Source: Botryllus schlosseri
Taxonomy: Eukaryota
Length of the DNA: 64,000 nucleotides
Assembly: GCA_051294905.1 (NCBI GenBank)
Contig: CM119372.1
Span: forward strand, 39,496,001-39,560,000
Reading direction: 5' to 3'
The position numbers and the translations under genes were made by a program. The notes beneath the pieces are model-generated. The model saw nothing but the letters and a program-made list of their open reading frames with translations. It had not been told where the DNA came from and did not search any database. Below are positions 1 through 13,406 of the stretch, piece by piece. Each line of letters opens with the position of its first letter. Position 1 is the first letter of the stretch.

Positions 1-1200
1 CGTAACTTCTGGGGGGCTCCGCCCCCCAGACCCCCCTTCCGCATCGGTTATTATTATCTATCTTGTACCACCGCAAAAGGTTTGCCCAGGTCCTGGATTC
101 GGCCATGTCTGTTTTGCATGTGTGCGAGGATAGACTACATCAAAACTAAGTAATTCTACCGCATGCAGAGACGACGTGATGATTATCGGGATACGGGACT
201 TTTCTAACAAATGCAGTGATTTGATGATGATTGACACATCTGTACGGAATCATATTCTTGCTTGGTACACGGATTTCCATGTTTATTCGTCATTCTCCTT
301 GAAAAAAGCGCAAAATCCAAATAGGGGGCCCCCTTCGACCAGGGGGGGCCCCGGGCGACCGCCCACCTCGCCCACCCCAAAAGCCACCACTGCCGATACC
401 TAGTGACGACTCGTGCCACATTATGTCACAATTCTGAAGTACCTACCGACTTTTTAAACTTCGCCTTATATATCAACTGGGGCAATCAATTGGTATAATA
501 CTCCCATACAATCAATATTTTACGTCACTTTGCCAACAATTTCGACGAAGACTTGCAGGGGAATACAAGCTTACGTCCTAACGGTCTAGGCCAGACCGGA
601 GTATGTATTCGGAGTCTGAGTATTGCTACATTTATATTGGGCTGAGTGTCAAAAGGGTTTCCATACTTGCTACCGATATTTTCCAATTAACAAGTTATAC
701 AGTAGCCAACACCCCAATCACACGGATTTTTTACGATACAATAAACATATCAAATCAAGATGGTCCCCGTTCACCTGCTAAATTTATTACATTCGACAAC
801 GATGTATTATTTATATGAATTTCGTTGATAGGTTGAATAAGCATCATTCGCTGACCCTACCTACATGTAGCGTATTTGGCTCTTGATATTGTGTGATTGC
901 GGGACAAGCTCGAAGCAGAGAGTCACTGAATATTTACAAACGGAAAACTGAATATTTCAAGCAAACTTCTGTAACAAAGAAAGTACAGCTTTTGAGATTT
1001 TTTAGGTACACTAGTTTCGTGTTGATTTTTATGCTGCCGCAGCGCCATGCATACAATGACCCGCAGTTGAAATGCAATGAATTGTAACCAAAAAATGTTT
1101 TGATGACGTGGAAAAGTGTAATATATCAAAAAGGTTTACAGTGCAGAACCCACCGAGGGTCGGTTGTAAACGTAAACGTCTAAATTTCAGAGGTTCACAC

Positions 1201-3353
1201 CAGACATCGGGTGATTACTTCATGAATGTAATCGATTGCGATTACGATTACGATTACAGCAAAATCGGGAAGTAGTCGATTACGATTACGATTACATTGG
1301 AAAAGTAATCACGATTACTCACGATTACATTTATTTTGCATTTTAGAAGTTGTATTGGAAGACAATATATGGATGGTGCTGAAAAGGCCTAATGAGATAA
1401 CAAACTTCCTTTAAAAAAGATGCGTCATTTGCTTGTTACGTCATAATGTACCCATTGCCCTTATTTATAGAGGACGATTTATCGCACCCAACCAATTGCA
1501 TTCTTGCCAGGTCCATGACTGCCGCACCACAAATTTCCCAATAGGGTGGGGAGCGAGCTCGGAGGGGACTCAAGAGTATTTCGTAAACCAACATAAATTA
1601 TAGAGTATTCTCGAAAGATTTAATTAACTTTAAATCCTCTCTAGAAAAGCTTGATTTTAGAATGCATACGTCTCTCCCTCAACAAAAAAGCATATATAAT
1701 TTATAGTAGGCATGCATTTAAAACAAATGGTTGTTTAAAACACATTGTTTAAAACTTGTTTTGAACAGTGTTTTAAAAAAAGGCAAAAAAAAAACTAAGT
1801 TGTGTTTTTTCAAGTTGTAAAATTATGCCATAATGGTGTAAATGCTTTCCACAATTACCACCCGATTCAGCCGACGAACATCGATATGAGATGGTTGGAA
1901 CCCCTCAAAATATGTCGGTTCAACAGTTATAGTACAGATATTTCGTAAAAGGAGCTATATTTACCCTATATTTTCAATTGTCAATGTCAATCCACATTGG
2001 TGACGTCAAGGCTTGAAAAAAAACATGTTTTAAACAAGGGCATGTTGTAAACATGCTCGCTTTAAATTTATTTTTGTTTTAAATGCAACCCTAATTTATA
2101 GCAACAGGCGTTTAGGTTCAGTCAATACCAAAAGACCAAAAGACAAATGCAATTTCGATCAACACGCGACTTCACGAATTGTGCTACTAAAGAAAGACCT
2201 TGGCCGAAACTTAGGGTACGTGTCCATTGTCAATAGCCGCGCTGGGTGGGCGTGACTAATAGTCCAGTCCTTCCAATCCGAGCCCACAATGCAAATGCCA
2301 CCCGCGGGCACCCACAGAGCAATAACGACATGACAATTTGTGTGTGAGTCTCACGAAAGTTTTTCTTTTAGTCTGCTACGTTAGGGATACAACAATATAT
2401 TTTGATTATATAACAAGCCGGAAATCACGAATTAACAACATACACTAAAGTAATTATAACAAGATAACAGACGTTATAATTATGAATTACGTGCACCCAG
2501 CTCTACAGGTAAATCTGACCATCGAGGGCAGAGAGAGAGAGAGAGAGGAATAAAAATTAATAATAATGTAATGCGATTACCAATGTTATTGACGAAATTC
2601 AGTCTTCAAGTTGAAATTATCGCCCTGTGGGGGCCAAAGACTAACGTTTGGACTGGGGGACGAATAGCTGTTTTGGTCCTGATTCTATAGCTACAACCAA
2701 CGCTAACATAATATATAAGCCCATGGCTATGGCGGCAGGTCCCAATGTTGAGTAAAGAATTATGAAATAACGCGCATGTTTTAAGTAGAGTCATATGAGA
2801 ATAAGATGAAGAGAACATAAAATTCTGACTTCAACTTAATACATATAATGTACTGCAAGCTGCCGCTACGAAAAACGGCTCGGTTGTGATATATATCAGC
2901 AACTGTTGATTTTTATTGCTTCGTTGTGGAAACCGTAATGTTATATTTGACGAGTACAAAATTTCAAATCTCTGTCCAGTGTACGTACGTACTACATAGG
3001 CCTACTGCTCGCCGAGCAGCAACGGTCAAACTGCGTTTGCATAACCAAACATCAATACACAAGTTTCTTGGTAGAGTGGTGATTAATTATCCTGCTCCGG
3101 GGTACTGGCGTGTGGAACGGGTTGATAATACATCTTCCTTGTTCACGAATGTTCAGTTTATGTCATAGTCCTTGTACAAATAAAAAGTAATCGTTCTTTC
3201 ACAAAGAAATCGATTAAATATAGTAAGTAGTCGATTACGATTACGATTACTTCGGAATTTTTTCGAATGTAATCGATTGCGATTACGATTACTTGAAAAT
3301 GCTGTAATCGTCGTAATCGATTACGATTACTAATCGCGATTACCCCATGTCTG
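1201..3353. mobile_element. Non-autonomous hAT-type element (TIR CAGACATGGGG, GATTAC subterminal arrays)
   Basis: Perfect 8-bp TSD GTTCACAC at 1193-1200 and 3354-3361. Inverted copy at 46067-52955. Confidence 0.9.
2530..2546. repeat. (GA)n microsatellite
   Basis: Read directly from the sequence. Confidence 0.8.
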
Positions 3354-3686
3354 GTTCACACACAGAACGCGAGCGTGAACCTCACGTTCGAACCATTCTT
3401 ACTATTTACGGACAAAATCTTGTTTGAACGTCTCCTGCAAACGCCCAGATCTAGCTCTTCGCTACCAAATTATGAGACAATGCAGTGACGTGCGGTGAGG
3501 AACTGACAACCCCCCCTCCCCGCAAACACACGCGCGCGCGTAAGGTACTTCATAAAGATACTGAAGGGTGTGGGTAACAACAACATCATCATCATGAGAA
3601 TGCGGGTTACAATTCTACATTCCACAATACATATTTCATTTTTTCCTTCACTGAACTATTCAGTTATTTTAATTTATTTAATACAG

Positions 3687-3935
3687 ATTGTTCAACGAAA
3701 AGGATGAAAGGACATCCAAAAAACATTTTATTAATGGTCCTAATTTTGGTTTTCTATTGTCTTTTGCTAGTCCAATCAACTGTATCAGCAAAACTAATTA
3801 TGTCACTCACTAACATCAAACTAAATGTTGGAAACATCATTCATAGTGTCAGACTGTAGAAAATCAGGCTTATAGCTATGATTGAAGATGCAGATTTCCT
3901 TAGAATAAGATTCGCAAATATATAAAACCTAGAAG
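3687..3935 (+). other. Candidate upstream (5') exon of the NLR gene, containing a 51-codon ORF (3704-3859)
   Basis: Strong T-rich acceptor ttatttaatacag|. Donor GAAG|gtttgc is phase-compatible with the NACHT exon, but that frame has stops at 3857 and 3923. Confidence 0.35.
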
Positions 3936-4603
3936 GTTTGCTTATTGAGTTGGCGACCTGCTTCTTATCATATTAGTCATGTTCAAACCAAGGCTATCCA
4001 GGCCCGTCTCGCCTTCCAAAAAACTTTTCCAGTTTCGCAAACTAATAAAACAAATCTCTGTGGCTATTCATAACATGACTATTCACGATTTTTGTGCGTA
4101 TATTAAGGTTATAATAATATGAGTAATGAAATAAATCCGGAGTTCACTGGAAACGGACAATTGGCCCATGGACAGTTTAACGTGGGTATTTGGCCTCCAG
4201 TTAGTTCATTACGACTATGCATGCATTGGAATGCGGTCGTAGGCTACATAAGTACTCTAAACGCGTTCATGAATAGCAAAAAGGTTGCTCATCCCTGCTT
4301 TAGTTGCTGAAGAGTGTTGTCAGGTATTATAGGCAGCTCATAGTTCATAATAGAAAGGAAGTGATGACCTTGATATTTTTGGTTGTATTTGTATCTCTTG
4401 AATAAAATATTATTTCTTTTGTGGTAACCATGTCCGTTCCCCACGTTAGAGAGTACAGCGTTGTACTGACGTAGGGTTATCAAAAGGTGGTTGTTGAACT
4501 GCGTTGCCTATTTTTATCTCGATATTTGCCCTTTGAAATCATGCGGCCCGCGGCCTCTACGGGGCCTGTGACCCGTTCTGTCTCGGCGAACCCTGATCTA
4601 CAT

Positions 4604-4931
4604 CATGGGTTCTCAATCAGCGATATTTTTATATATCGACTTTTCAATTAGATAAATAAAAAATGAAAAGGGCAAAAGAAAACAGGAAACAAAAAAAACA
4701 TCAAGATAATCAGTTTTAGGCTCGTATTAAGCGTCTCAGCAATCCGTGGACCTGTTGGAGGTATGAAGCACGAAAGAAAGGGGTACGAGATGCATTGTGG
4801 AATTATACGGTATTTAGAGCCCGGAATTATTTCGCAAATCTACATAGCGTTTCAAGGCGTAACAATATGGGTACGAGGAGTTCTAATAAAATATCACGGT
4901 GTAAGAGCTCTATAAGGTTTAGGAAACACTG
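4604..4931. mobile_element. hAT (Buster/Charlie-type) MITE
   Basis: TSD ATCTACAT on both sides. Degenerate CAG(T/G)G..CTCAA termini. Confidence 0.7.
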
Positions 4932-4987
4932 ATCTACATGGAGAATATATCATGAGTTAAATGCTTGCATTTACAACACCTGTCGAG

Positions 4988-6498
4988 CAATTTTCCCTAT
5001 AAGCTGCGCACGTGCGCAAATGCGCAGTGCTGAAACCGTCTCTGCGCACAGAAAATCTAAGCTGCGCACAAAAAATCCGAAGTGATGTTTTTTTTTTAGT
5101 CGTTGCGCACTGTTGTCCAAGGGATCAAGCAGGCACTCAGACTTGTGAAAAAATTAGAGGGAAGATTGCCAGGGGAAAATAGTGTTAGCACTGAAGTCTG
5201 AAACCGAGGTACAAGTGCGGCCCGCAAAGGTAAATATTACGCTCCGCGAAGAAATGAGAATATGCGATCACGTGCGTCCCACAAAAGAGATTTTTCTTTT
5301 AGTATGGTCTCGTACGCGTGAGCGATACTGATATCATTTCAATAGCGCATTATTTTCTGGGAATGGCGAAATAACATGGTTTAACAAAGTTATAAATAAC
5401 AACGGGCTATCTCGAAGTTAATCTACGAGGAACTAACGAATATTATTCTCCGCGTGGTATAAACACTGCGTAAGATATACTCAGGACCGTAACTGCCGCA
5501 CCCCAAACCCCCCAAATGGAGGGCCAAGCTCGAAGGGGGCCCAAAATTATTTCGTAAATTAACGTAAATCATGATATATTTTTTATCCTTTTCAAAAGCA
5601 AAATCGCGCAATGCGCCATTTAATGTTGTTAAATATTTTGATTATTGGGTACCCTTTCCCCAACAAAAAAATACACGTAATTTATAGAAATGGGCACTTG
5701 GACGTCGGCCATTACCGCACCACGACGCACTAAGACATACGAAGTTATAGGTTATGTAACATGCGACTCCGACAAGTGCGCCAGAACGATCAGCAGCGAG
5801 AAAACCTTGACCTAAAAGAACTGCCCCTGTGCTGATCGACAACATCGATGTATATACAATTGTACATATGTTTAATTGTCAATAGGCGCCTAAATGGCTG
5901 GTACCGACTGTTTCTGTCCTGGCGATCCCAGTCCCACAACAAGATAAATGCCATATCGAGGGAACATTATCTGCCAATAAAGAAATACCAATTTGAAATC
6001 GTGTGCGTCTTCTAGTTTAGTACGTTTGGGCGATTCCAATATCTTTTGATATAGCAGATAGGAGGTCACGAAATGGCATCATGTAACAAAGTTGTTATAC
6101 CAACGAGTACGCCCGAAGATATTTTATTAATATTTAGTGGGCCTATCTTTTTCAACACACCTCACTCGATCAGCTCTACCAGTAAATCTGATTATGTGAG
6201 CAGAAAGAGGATAAAAATTGATAGCAATGTATATACAATTCCCGATCATATTGACCGATTCAATCATGAATCATACAATTTTTTCGCGCTTTTAGGCGAC
6301 ACAACCACTATACGGGCACCCAGTGTAGATGATAAGTACCGGGAGAAAGCGTACAGCCCGAGGTGGGTCTGGGGTCGAAGCCCCCCAGAAGTTCGGTAAA
6401 TCACCCCGTGGGGGGCCTGGTTGCGCACTGTTGTCCACGGGCCTGCGCAGTGACTTGGCGTGTTTGCGCAGACTCGTGAAAAATTAGAGGGAACATTG
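4988..6498. mobile_element. Non-autonomous hAT-type element (TIR CAATGTTCCCTCTAA)
   Basis: TSD CTGTCGAG at 4980-4987 and 6499-6506. Extra internal right end at about 5168. Relatives at 17378-18275 and 27619-27812. Confidence 0.85.
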
Positions 6499-6606
6499 CT
6501 GTCGAGGCATATTTTTGATGAACTTATAAATATAATTAACAGCCGTCATGTGACCCTTTCCACTTTAAACATATAGTGCTCGGTGCACATTATTATTATT
6601 TTTCAG

Positions 6607-8046
6607 AAAATATTTCGGTGCTGATTCAATCAATAACCTATAACACAATGCAAAAGACAAAGGAGAGAATTCTTGAGGACTTCGGTGCCGAGGAGCTTCG
6701 TCCACCAGATTTCGAAGTGAACCCACAGATGAGAAGAGTGAAAGGGTCGGGATATTTCAAAGGCAAATATGAACATGTGCAGGAAATGGTAGTCAAAAGG
6801 AAGACTGGATGGTTTCGGAAACAAAAGACGCAGGTTATTAAAAATCAATTTCGAAAAGAGTTTGGATTTTTCCGCCAGCAACTTGAAGATCGCGATTACA
6901 TTACACTCGGTGAGATTTTTCAAGCGGACATCTATGATAATTCCGTGACCGCCATAGTTGCTTCTGCCGGATCGGGAAAAACCACTCTCATGCGTAGAAT
7001 GGCAAGACGTTCTTGTGAGCATTCGTTTGCAAATCATGCAACCACTTCAGGCTCTCTCCAGTCAAATTATAAACTCGTACATTATGTTGAAGTAAAGGAC
7101 ATACAATGTTCGGAATCAATCAAGCCATCCAAATTTCTCTTCGGCGGAATGTTTCAAAACGTGATCGACGAGGAGCATATGTATGAATGGATGTTGAAAA
7201 ATCCATCGGAATCAATTTTATTTTTCGATGGTTTGGATCAGGCTAAATGGCAAATCAATAGTAAGGTGAACAAGAAGATCAATCCTTTTTCTTCAGCCGA
7301 CTCAGCAACGATCATGTGCAATATTCTCTCACGCAACATTCTTCCTCGTGTAAAAGTCGTCATCTCTTCGCGGGAGTTTCAAATCTCCGATTTACCGGCA
7401 GAAGCGAGACCTGAAGACATCATCACGCTTTCGGGTTTGAGTCTAGATGACGCTAAAAATCTTTTCGTGTTTCTGATAGGTCAGGACGGGGCTAAGGCAT
7501 GGGAGATGATACAAAGGATGTCCCCCAGGCTGCTCAATTTAGTCTCCATCCCTGTATTTCTTGTCCTAACTGCAGTGATAATGTCCAAGGATCCGACAAA
7601 ACCTCCTCCCAAGACGATCACCGAACTCTACAAAATAATCATCTCCACTCTGAGTGATGTGAAAAACATCATAAATGCCGACGATATCGCCGAAATTATC
7701 AAGAAATTGAAAGCGATGGCATATCGTGGTATGAAAGAAGGGAGAGTCGTATTTTATGAGAAGGATTTAGAAATGTTTGGGATCTCGAAAGAAGATGTTC
7801 GTGACCTTATGATGAAAGTTCCCGGAAATAAACTCCTCAGTCGCAATCTAGTGGAAGGCGATTTCATATTCTTTTTCTGTCATCAAAGTTTACAGGAATT
7901 TCTTGCGGCGGAGTTTGTAGCTGAAATGACGATTCGGAAGTTCATAAGCTTCAACCATAAACACCTTCACACAGAGCGATGGTCGGTCGTCCGCAGATTC
8001 GTGTGCGGAATCATTTATGACAACTCGCCAAATCAACTTCATAAAG
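6607..8046 (+). CDS. NLR-family gene, NACHT exon (NACHT NTPase, HD1, winged helix)
   Basis: Lies in ORF 6576-8069. Acceptor ttttcag|6607 and donor AAG|gtgag at 8047 (phase 1/1). Motifs: Walker A ASAGSGKTT, Walker B ILFFDGLDQ, sensor-1 VISSRE, HD1 SIPVFL, WH motif FCHQSLQEFLAA. First in-exon ATG is at 6648 (MQKTKER). Confidence 0.95.
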
Positions 8047-8149
8047 GTGAGATTCCACGTAGAATATAGACTTCGATAATGTACTTTCCTAGGTGTGTAT
8101 GTGTAATTGTGTATGTATTCATATTTCGGTACTTTCAACTCATGAATTA

Positions 8150-10325
8150 CACCGGTCTACAAATTTCGAAAAAAGATTTGCGTCAGAAATTTTAATGATT
8201 GATTTAGGCTAATTCAAGGTTGCTGAATCCGATTCTGGTGTCAGAATTTCTCCATCACGTCAGATTTTTTACGTATGAATTTTTCACGTTTTCTTAAATT
8301 AATAAAATTTCGGCTTTCGTTAGTGACATCGCGGTTAGCATACAACAGCCACAGACCAAATATTGTTATTGAAATTATCTATCACAGAATGAGTGAGTTT
8401 TCGGTGAACTTGAATCCAGTGAATCTCTATCTTCGTTCAATCAGAAGCTCCTTTCCACCCATAAAATTAAACTGGTCTACAAATTTCAAAAAATTTTGCC
8501 CCAAAAATTTAATTGATTCATTTAGGCTAATATTAAATGTCTGAATCTGATTTTGTGCTAACAATTTCTCTATCACGTCAGTCTTTTCGGTATGTATTTT
8601 CTCATTTTCATAAAGGAATCAAATTTCGGCTTTCGTTAGCGATATTACGGTGAGCGTACAACAGCAACAGATCAAATATAGTTATTGAAATCATCTATAC
8701 TAATCAAACCTGGGTTGTTGTAAGACAGAATAACTGAGTTTTCGGTGAACTTGAATCCAGCAGTTCTCTATCTTCCTTCGATCGGGACTTCTTTTTGACC
8801 CATAAATTTATATGTGGATGTGCCTATTTTTAGTCGGTAGCAGTTATCATCTTTATACACCACTCTTCATTTAAAGATCGTGATTAGTAGCTCCGTACCT
8901 AATTCAGTTCCATGCGTCATCTATCGTTATACATCTGTCCTGCAGACTTATTCGATTAATGCAATTTGTGACAGCACACTGGTCATTCGTAAAACGTTGA
9001 AGTTTGCGAACAAAACATCGTACAGTTGGTATATTATGTAGAAGAGAATTGTTCACTCTGACACATGACCCAAATATGTGGCCTTTTAGCTAGTTTTGCA
9101 ACAATAAAAGAAACAAGATGTCTACTTTCCAAAAAAAAGAGTGCTTATCGTAATAACTTGAAAAAAATTATCATCAATAATCTCCGCCAGTACTTATCAT
9201 GCTAGTTCTTCTTCTCGAGATTCCATACACTGTCACATTTCATGGGAATCGAGGAAAGCTGTTTCTGAACTGTTTTTCTTTTGGTTTATTGCCGCGATAT
9301 AAAAGGCTTCTTTTGCATTGCCTATTATAGACAATCAGATGAATGGAAACTGCTTACTAACAGATCAACACGAAACCTGAAGAGCGTGTTACTTCACAAA
9401 AGAAAGAAATACGCATCGGTTATAGTACAGTCGATCCGTCTCAACATAGGACATTCTATGGCCTACACCAAATGCCATGTGTTTTATGCTGAAACAGAGC
9501 CATAGATGAGCATTGGGTAATTTCTAGTGATATTTTTACATGGTTTCGAGGATTTTTGTTAGTGTTTTGCATGATTAAACGCCAGTTCTAAATACAAAAA
9601 GCTTCACATTTCTGGCGGTTTCTGATTTGCCGTAATATTTTACCATGAATTCGAGTGGTCGAAGTGATCGGCGTTGCTACTCACGTAGCACAAGTAAAGC
9701 CTTACATTTCTTCTCAATTAGAATTAGTAATTTCCAAGACAAGTGAAAAATATTTCAAGTAGAAGACGAAATGAAAGGTTTAAAAATTACTTAATGCCAG
9801 TAAATATCCAAATATATTTGGTCGGGGGGTGGGTGGTCGCATGTTTTCAACATTCAGTAGAAGGTGGCTACATATCAAATCGCAAGAAGTATCGTCGCAG
9901 GAAACGCAAAACGACTATAATGACACCACCCATGGGTAGCATCTTCGAAAAAATATATTCAATTACCGTGATCCAGAGGCTATTTCACGAGTTTCATATG
10001 ACAATTGAACTCATGATAGCAGTGCAATAATATGCCTGAACTACTTTCTACTTGACAAAAACCAAATTGCAAACGTTATTAGTTCATCCAGAATACTGCT
10101 CAGGTAGATGTTGGAGTAGTTGTAAAATATTACCACTTCAGTAAGTACTGCAAGCAAGCAAAATCTACTTAAAGATCTCGAAAAAGTTGATATATATTCA
10201 TCGTATATTATACCTCAAAAACGTGATGAGATAGAGCAGAAATAACGCCAGATTCGTATTCAGCGCCCCGAAATTAGGTATAGTTGACCGAAAGAAGTAC
10301 TGGCGCAAAATCGTGTGGACCAGTG
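8150..10325. mobile_element. Chapaev3/CMC-like non-autonomous DNA transposon with tandemly duplicated left terminus
   Basis: CAC(C/T)GGTC...GACCAGTG termini. GCTGAATCCGA / TTCGTATTCAGC subterminal motifs resemble those of the 33191 and 45245 relics. About 320-bp diverged tandem duplication 8150-8810. Confidence 0.55.
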
Positions 10326-10735
10326 TCATCACTTGTCAAACCCGATGACCAAATTAAAAATTCATTTTCTTATTTCAATCGTGAGTGCTGAAATATTTTC
10401 TGGTTCACGAAATAACGGTATTAAGCCTAGAGAATGGATGGTTGCAGTAGCTAAACCCCTTAATACTTACGAAACGTGAACATCATCTAAATTCCTACTG
10501 AATGGGAGATGTAGGCGAGTGTCGATACGATGTATATTCAACTAGCTATTCTTAGTAAATTAATTGCTATATTGATATGCTGCCTTATATATATTACATC
10601 ATCATGCAGCATCTGCTGACATATCAGGGGTATCATATCAGAGTGCTACTTCTTATTCAGGATGATTTGTCACGAAAATAATTTGCTCTTTACCTACTTG
10701 TAACGCCATTAGCGTGAAGATATTTTGCATGACAG

Positions 10736-11043
10736 TTCCAAATCGGCTGGTGAAACAGCAAGTTATCGCTCAATCAATTCTCCGGCGACTCTTGAAGGAT
10801 GATGATAATCGATACAGTTGCATGGAACTATATACAGCAATTTATGAATCAAATGATAAAGGTCTGATAAAGCGACTCTCCGTAATTGATGCTAGCGGTG
10901 TTGCTTTGAGTCGTGATGAAGCTCATATCGTTGGATCACTGGCATCATGCAGGAGAAGCCTGATTAGCTTGAATTTAAGCAACTGCAAAATGAACGACGA
11001 GGTCCTGGCGATCATTACAGGATGTCTGGAAGATCAAATCGAA
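10736..11043 (+). CDS. NLR gene exon: HD2 end and first LRRs (VPNRLVKQQ...LISLNLSNCKMNDEVLAIITGCLEDQIE)
   Basis: gacag|TT acceptor completes the phase-1 codon G|TT from the NACHT exon. Donor GAA|gtaagt. Contains an RI-like LRR LxxLxLxxCxL. Confidence 0.9.
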
Positions 11044-11094
11044 GTAAGTTTAAATTAGCCCATGACTCATAGGATGAAAACCTCAAGTCTAGCC

Positions 11095-11478
11095 CAGTAG
11101 TTACCAACGTGGGCGATATCGCCCCGCGGTAGGCGATTTTAAGAAACAATGGGGCGAAAATACCATAGGGAGCGACTAGGGGGACGAAAATGTTGGAAAG
11201 TCAAGTGAGATATATGTAATTACAGCGGCCAAATGATGCAGGTGAATACGGCTTATTCTGCATATGACTCGAAACTTGTCTGAAATAAAAGGTCAACTCA
11301 ACGGAAACTAGACACGGAAACCGGTTTTCCGAGCACCTACTAGTAAAAATTACCTTTCTCGTTTTAGTCAAGTCACCAGTGATCATGATTTATATACCCC
11401 GTTTTTTTGATCTGTAAATATGAGGGGCGAAAATTTTTGTCGAGGGGGAGATGAGTCGAAAAAGGTTGGGAACCACTG
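11095..11478. mobile_element. hAT MITE (CAGTGGTTCCCAAC family)
   Basis: TIRs present. TSD GTCTAGCC/GTCTAGCT. Confidence 0.8.
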
Positions 11479-11635
11479 GTCTAGCTTTAGTTGGTCTCAT
11501 GTAGCCTGTATGCGGCCTACGAGAAATAGAGTTGAATGTAATCAGCCGGTAGCATGTACGGTCTTTTTCGAAGAGAACACGGAATTCGCACATATACTGT
11601 GTACTCTTTAGAGATCGGGACCTCATCATCTAAAA

Positions 11636-12761
11636 CAGTGGTTCCACACCTTTTTCGACTCATCGCCCCCTTTTGAAGCTCCACAGCGATCTTCACCTCC
11701 CAAGTATTGGGAACTGAAAACAGCACTTCGTCACCCCCCCCCCCGAAAAAAACGTTGGTCTTTGGACCCATATTGTGATAAACAAAACCCCAGACCCCCC
11801 TCAGCCAGTGGGCTTTTTGTCGCTACATATCAGCTATACCCTATTTCATGTAGGCTACTGTTTGGTGAGTCACCGTATTTCCCCTAAACGCGCGAAGCGC
11901 GACAAATTTATATTATTCATGTTTGAATCGGTCAATATGGTCGGTGTGGTATGTTGGAAAAGGTAGGACCCCTAAATAATAAATAAACATCTTCGGGCGG
12001 AATCGTTGTTATATTGACTCCTTTACATGATGCAATTTCGTGACCTCCTATATCTGCTATGTCAGAAGATATGAAAATCATCAAAACGTACCAAACTAAA
12101 AGACGCACATGATTTCATATTGGTATTTCTTTACTGGCAAATAATTTGTTCCTTGCGGGATGGCATTTGTCCTGTAGGGTTAGGGTCGCCAGGACAGGAA
12201 CATTCGGCGCCAGCCATTGAGGCGCCTATGGACAATTAAACATATATGCATATATATCGTAGTTTTCAGTCAGAACAAGGGCATTCCTTTTTGGCCAAGG
12301 TCTTCTCGCTGCTGATCGTTCTGGCACACTTCTCGAAGTCGCATGTTACATGGCCTCTAACTTCATATGTCTTGGTGCGTCGTGGCGCAGTACTGGCCGA
12401 CGCCGAAGTCTCCCATTTCCATAAATCATGCGTATTTTTGTTGGGTGACGGGGACCCAAACATTAAGACACATGACAATATTAAATCGCACCCAGAGCGA
12501 AAAATTTTTGAAAAAGTCGCATGAATTTCTAAAAAATTACTCTATCATTCATGTTAATTCACGAAATAATTCTGGGCTTCCATCGGTTTCGGGCGCCAAA
12601 TCCCCCAATCGGGGGTTTGGAGTGCGGTAGTTACAGTCCCGACTCCAATAAAGCCGTTTTAACGCGCCATCGCCCCCCTATCGCCCCGTTCGTGATTTTC
12701 GCCCCCCTAGACCGCCAAATCGCCCCCTGGGGGGCGATATCGCTCACGTTGGGAACCACTG
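11636..12761. mobile_element. hAT non-autonomous element (CAGTGGTTCCCAAC family), inverted relative of 20266-21952
   Basis: TIRs present. TSD ATCTAAAA/ATCTACAA. Internal homology to 20266-21952. Confidence 0.85.
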
Positions 12762-13406
12762 ATCTACAAGGTCTGAGGTCACGTGAGCACATCAACAGAA
12801 ATATCCTACAGTGCGACTTCATTTTATTGTTAAATTTCCAATTGCCTACCGATACATACATATTGCTGTTTCGAGATGTTTTCTTACGGTGAGTGAAAAA
12901 ATGTAAAGTTGGAATAGAAAAGTCAATTATGGTTAATCTGTCCTAATAAAGCAGTGGTTTCCAACTTTGACGAATTTTATGGAAAAGCGATACAAGCGAT
13001 ACGTGAGTACCAACTGTACCGCTATGCCATAATTAAGAAAAAATGCTGCTGCTGCTGCATGCGGTGAATACATTGAACTGAAAGCATGCAGTTTAGTTCA
13101 GGAAATGAAATAACAGCCCGTTACATACATTTGCTTACAGTGACAAAGTTCCGGCATGACACTTTGTGTCACCTTATTAAAACTTGACCCCCTTAGTAAA
13201 ACCGCTTGACGAAGGTCGACTAAGTCCCGACAGTGCGAGGCCCTCTGGCCCTCATCCTCTGCGCTACAGATATTTCTTTATTTTAGTATTCTATCAATTG
13301 TTTATTCAATATCATGCCAATACTTTTCTGATTTGACTTAACGGTTATAAATTAGCTATCTATAAATTTGTAACCCTGGTAATATCAATTACTGATAAGA
13401 GTCCTG

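Noticed and set aside
6630..7037. 135-aa antisense ORF
   Set aside because: It is the shadow of the NACHT exon and has no recognisable motifs.
12246..12524. Recurrent ORFs of the type KVFSLLIVLAHFSESHVTWP (also 21006-21311 and 31939-32325) as a gene family
   Set aside because: They come from the shared non-coding repeat module. Starts, stops and frames are not conserved between copies.
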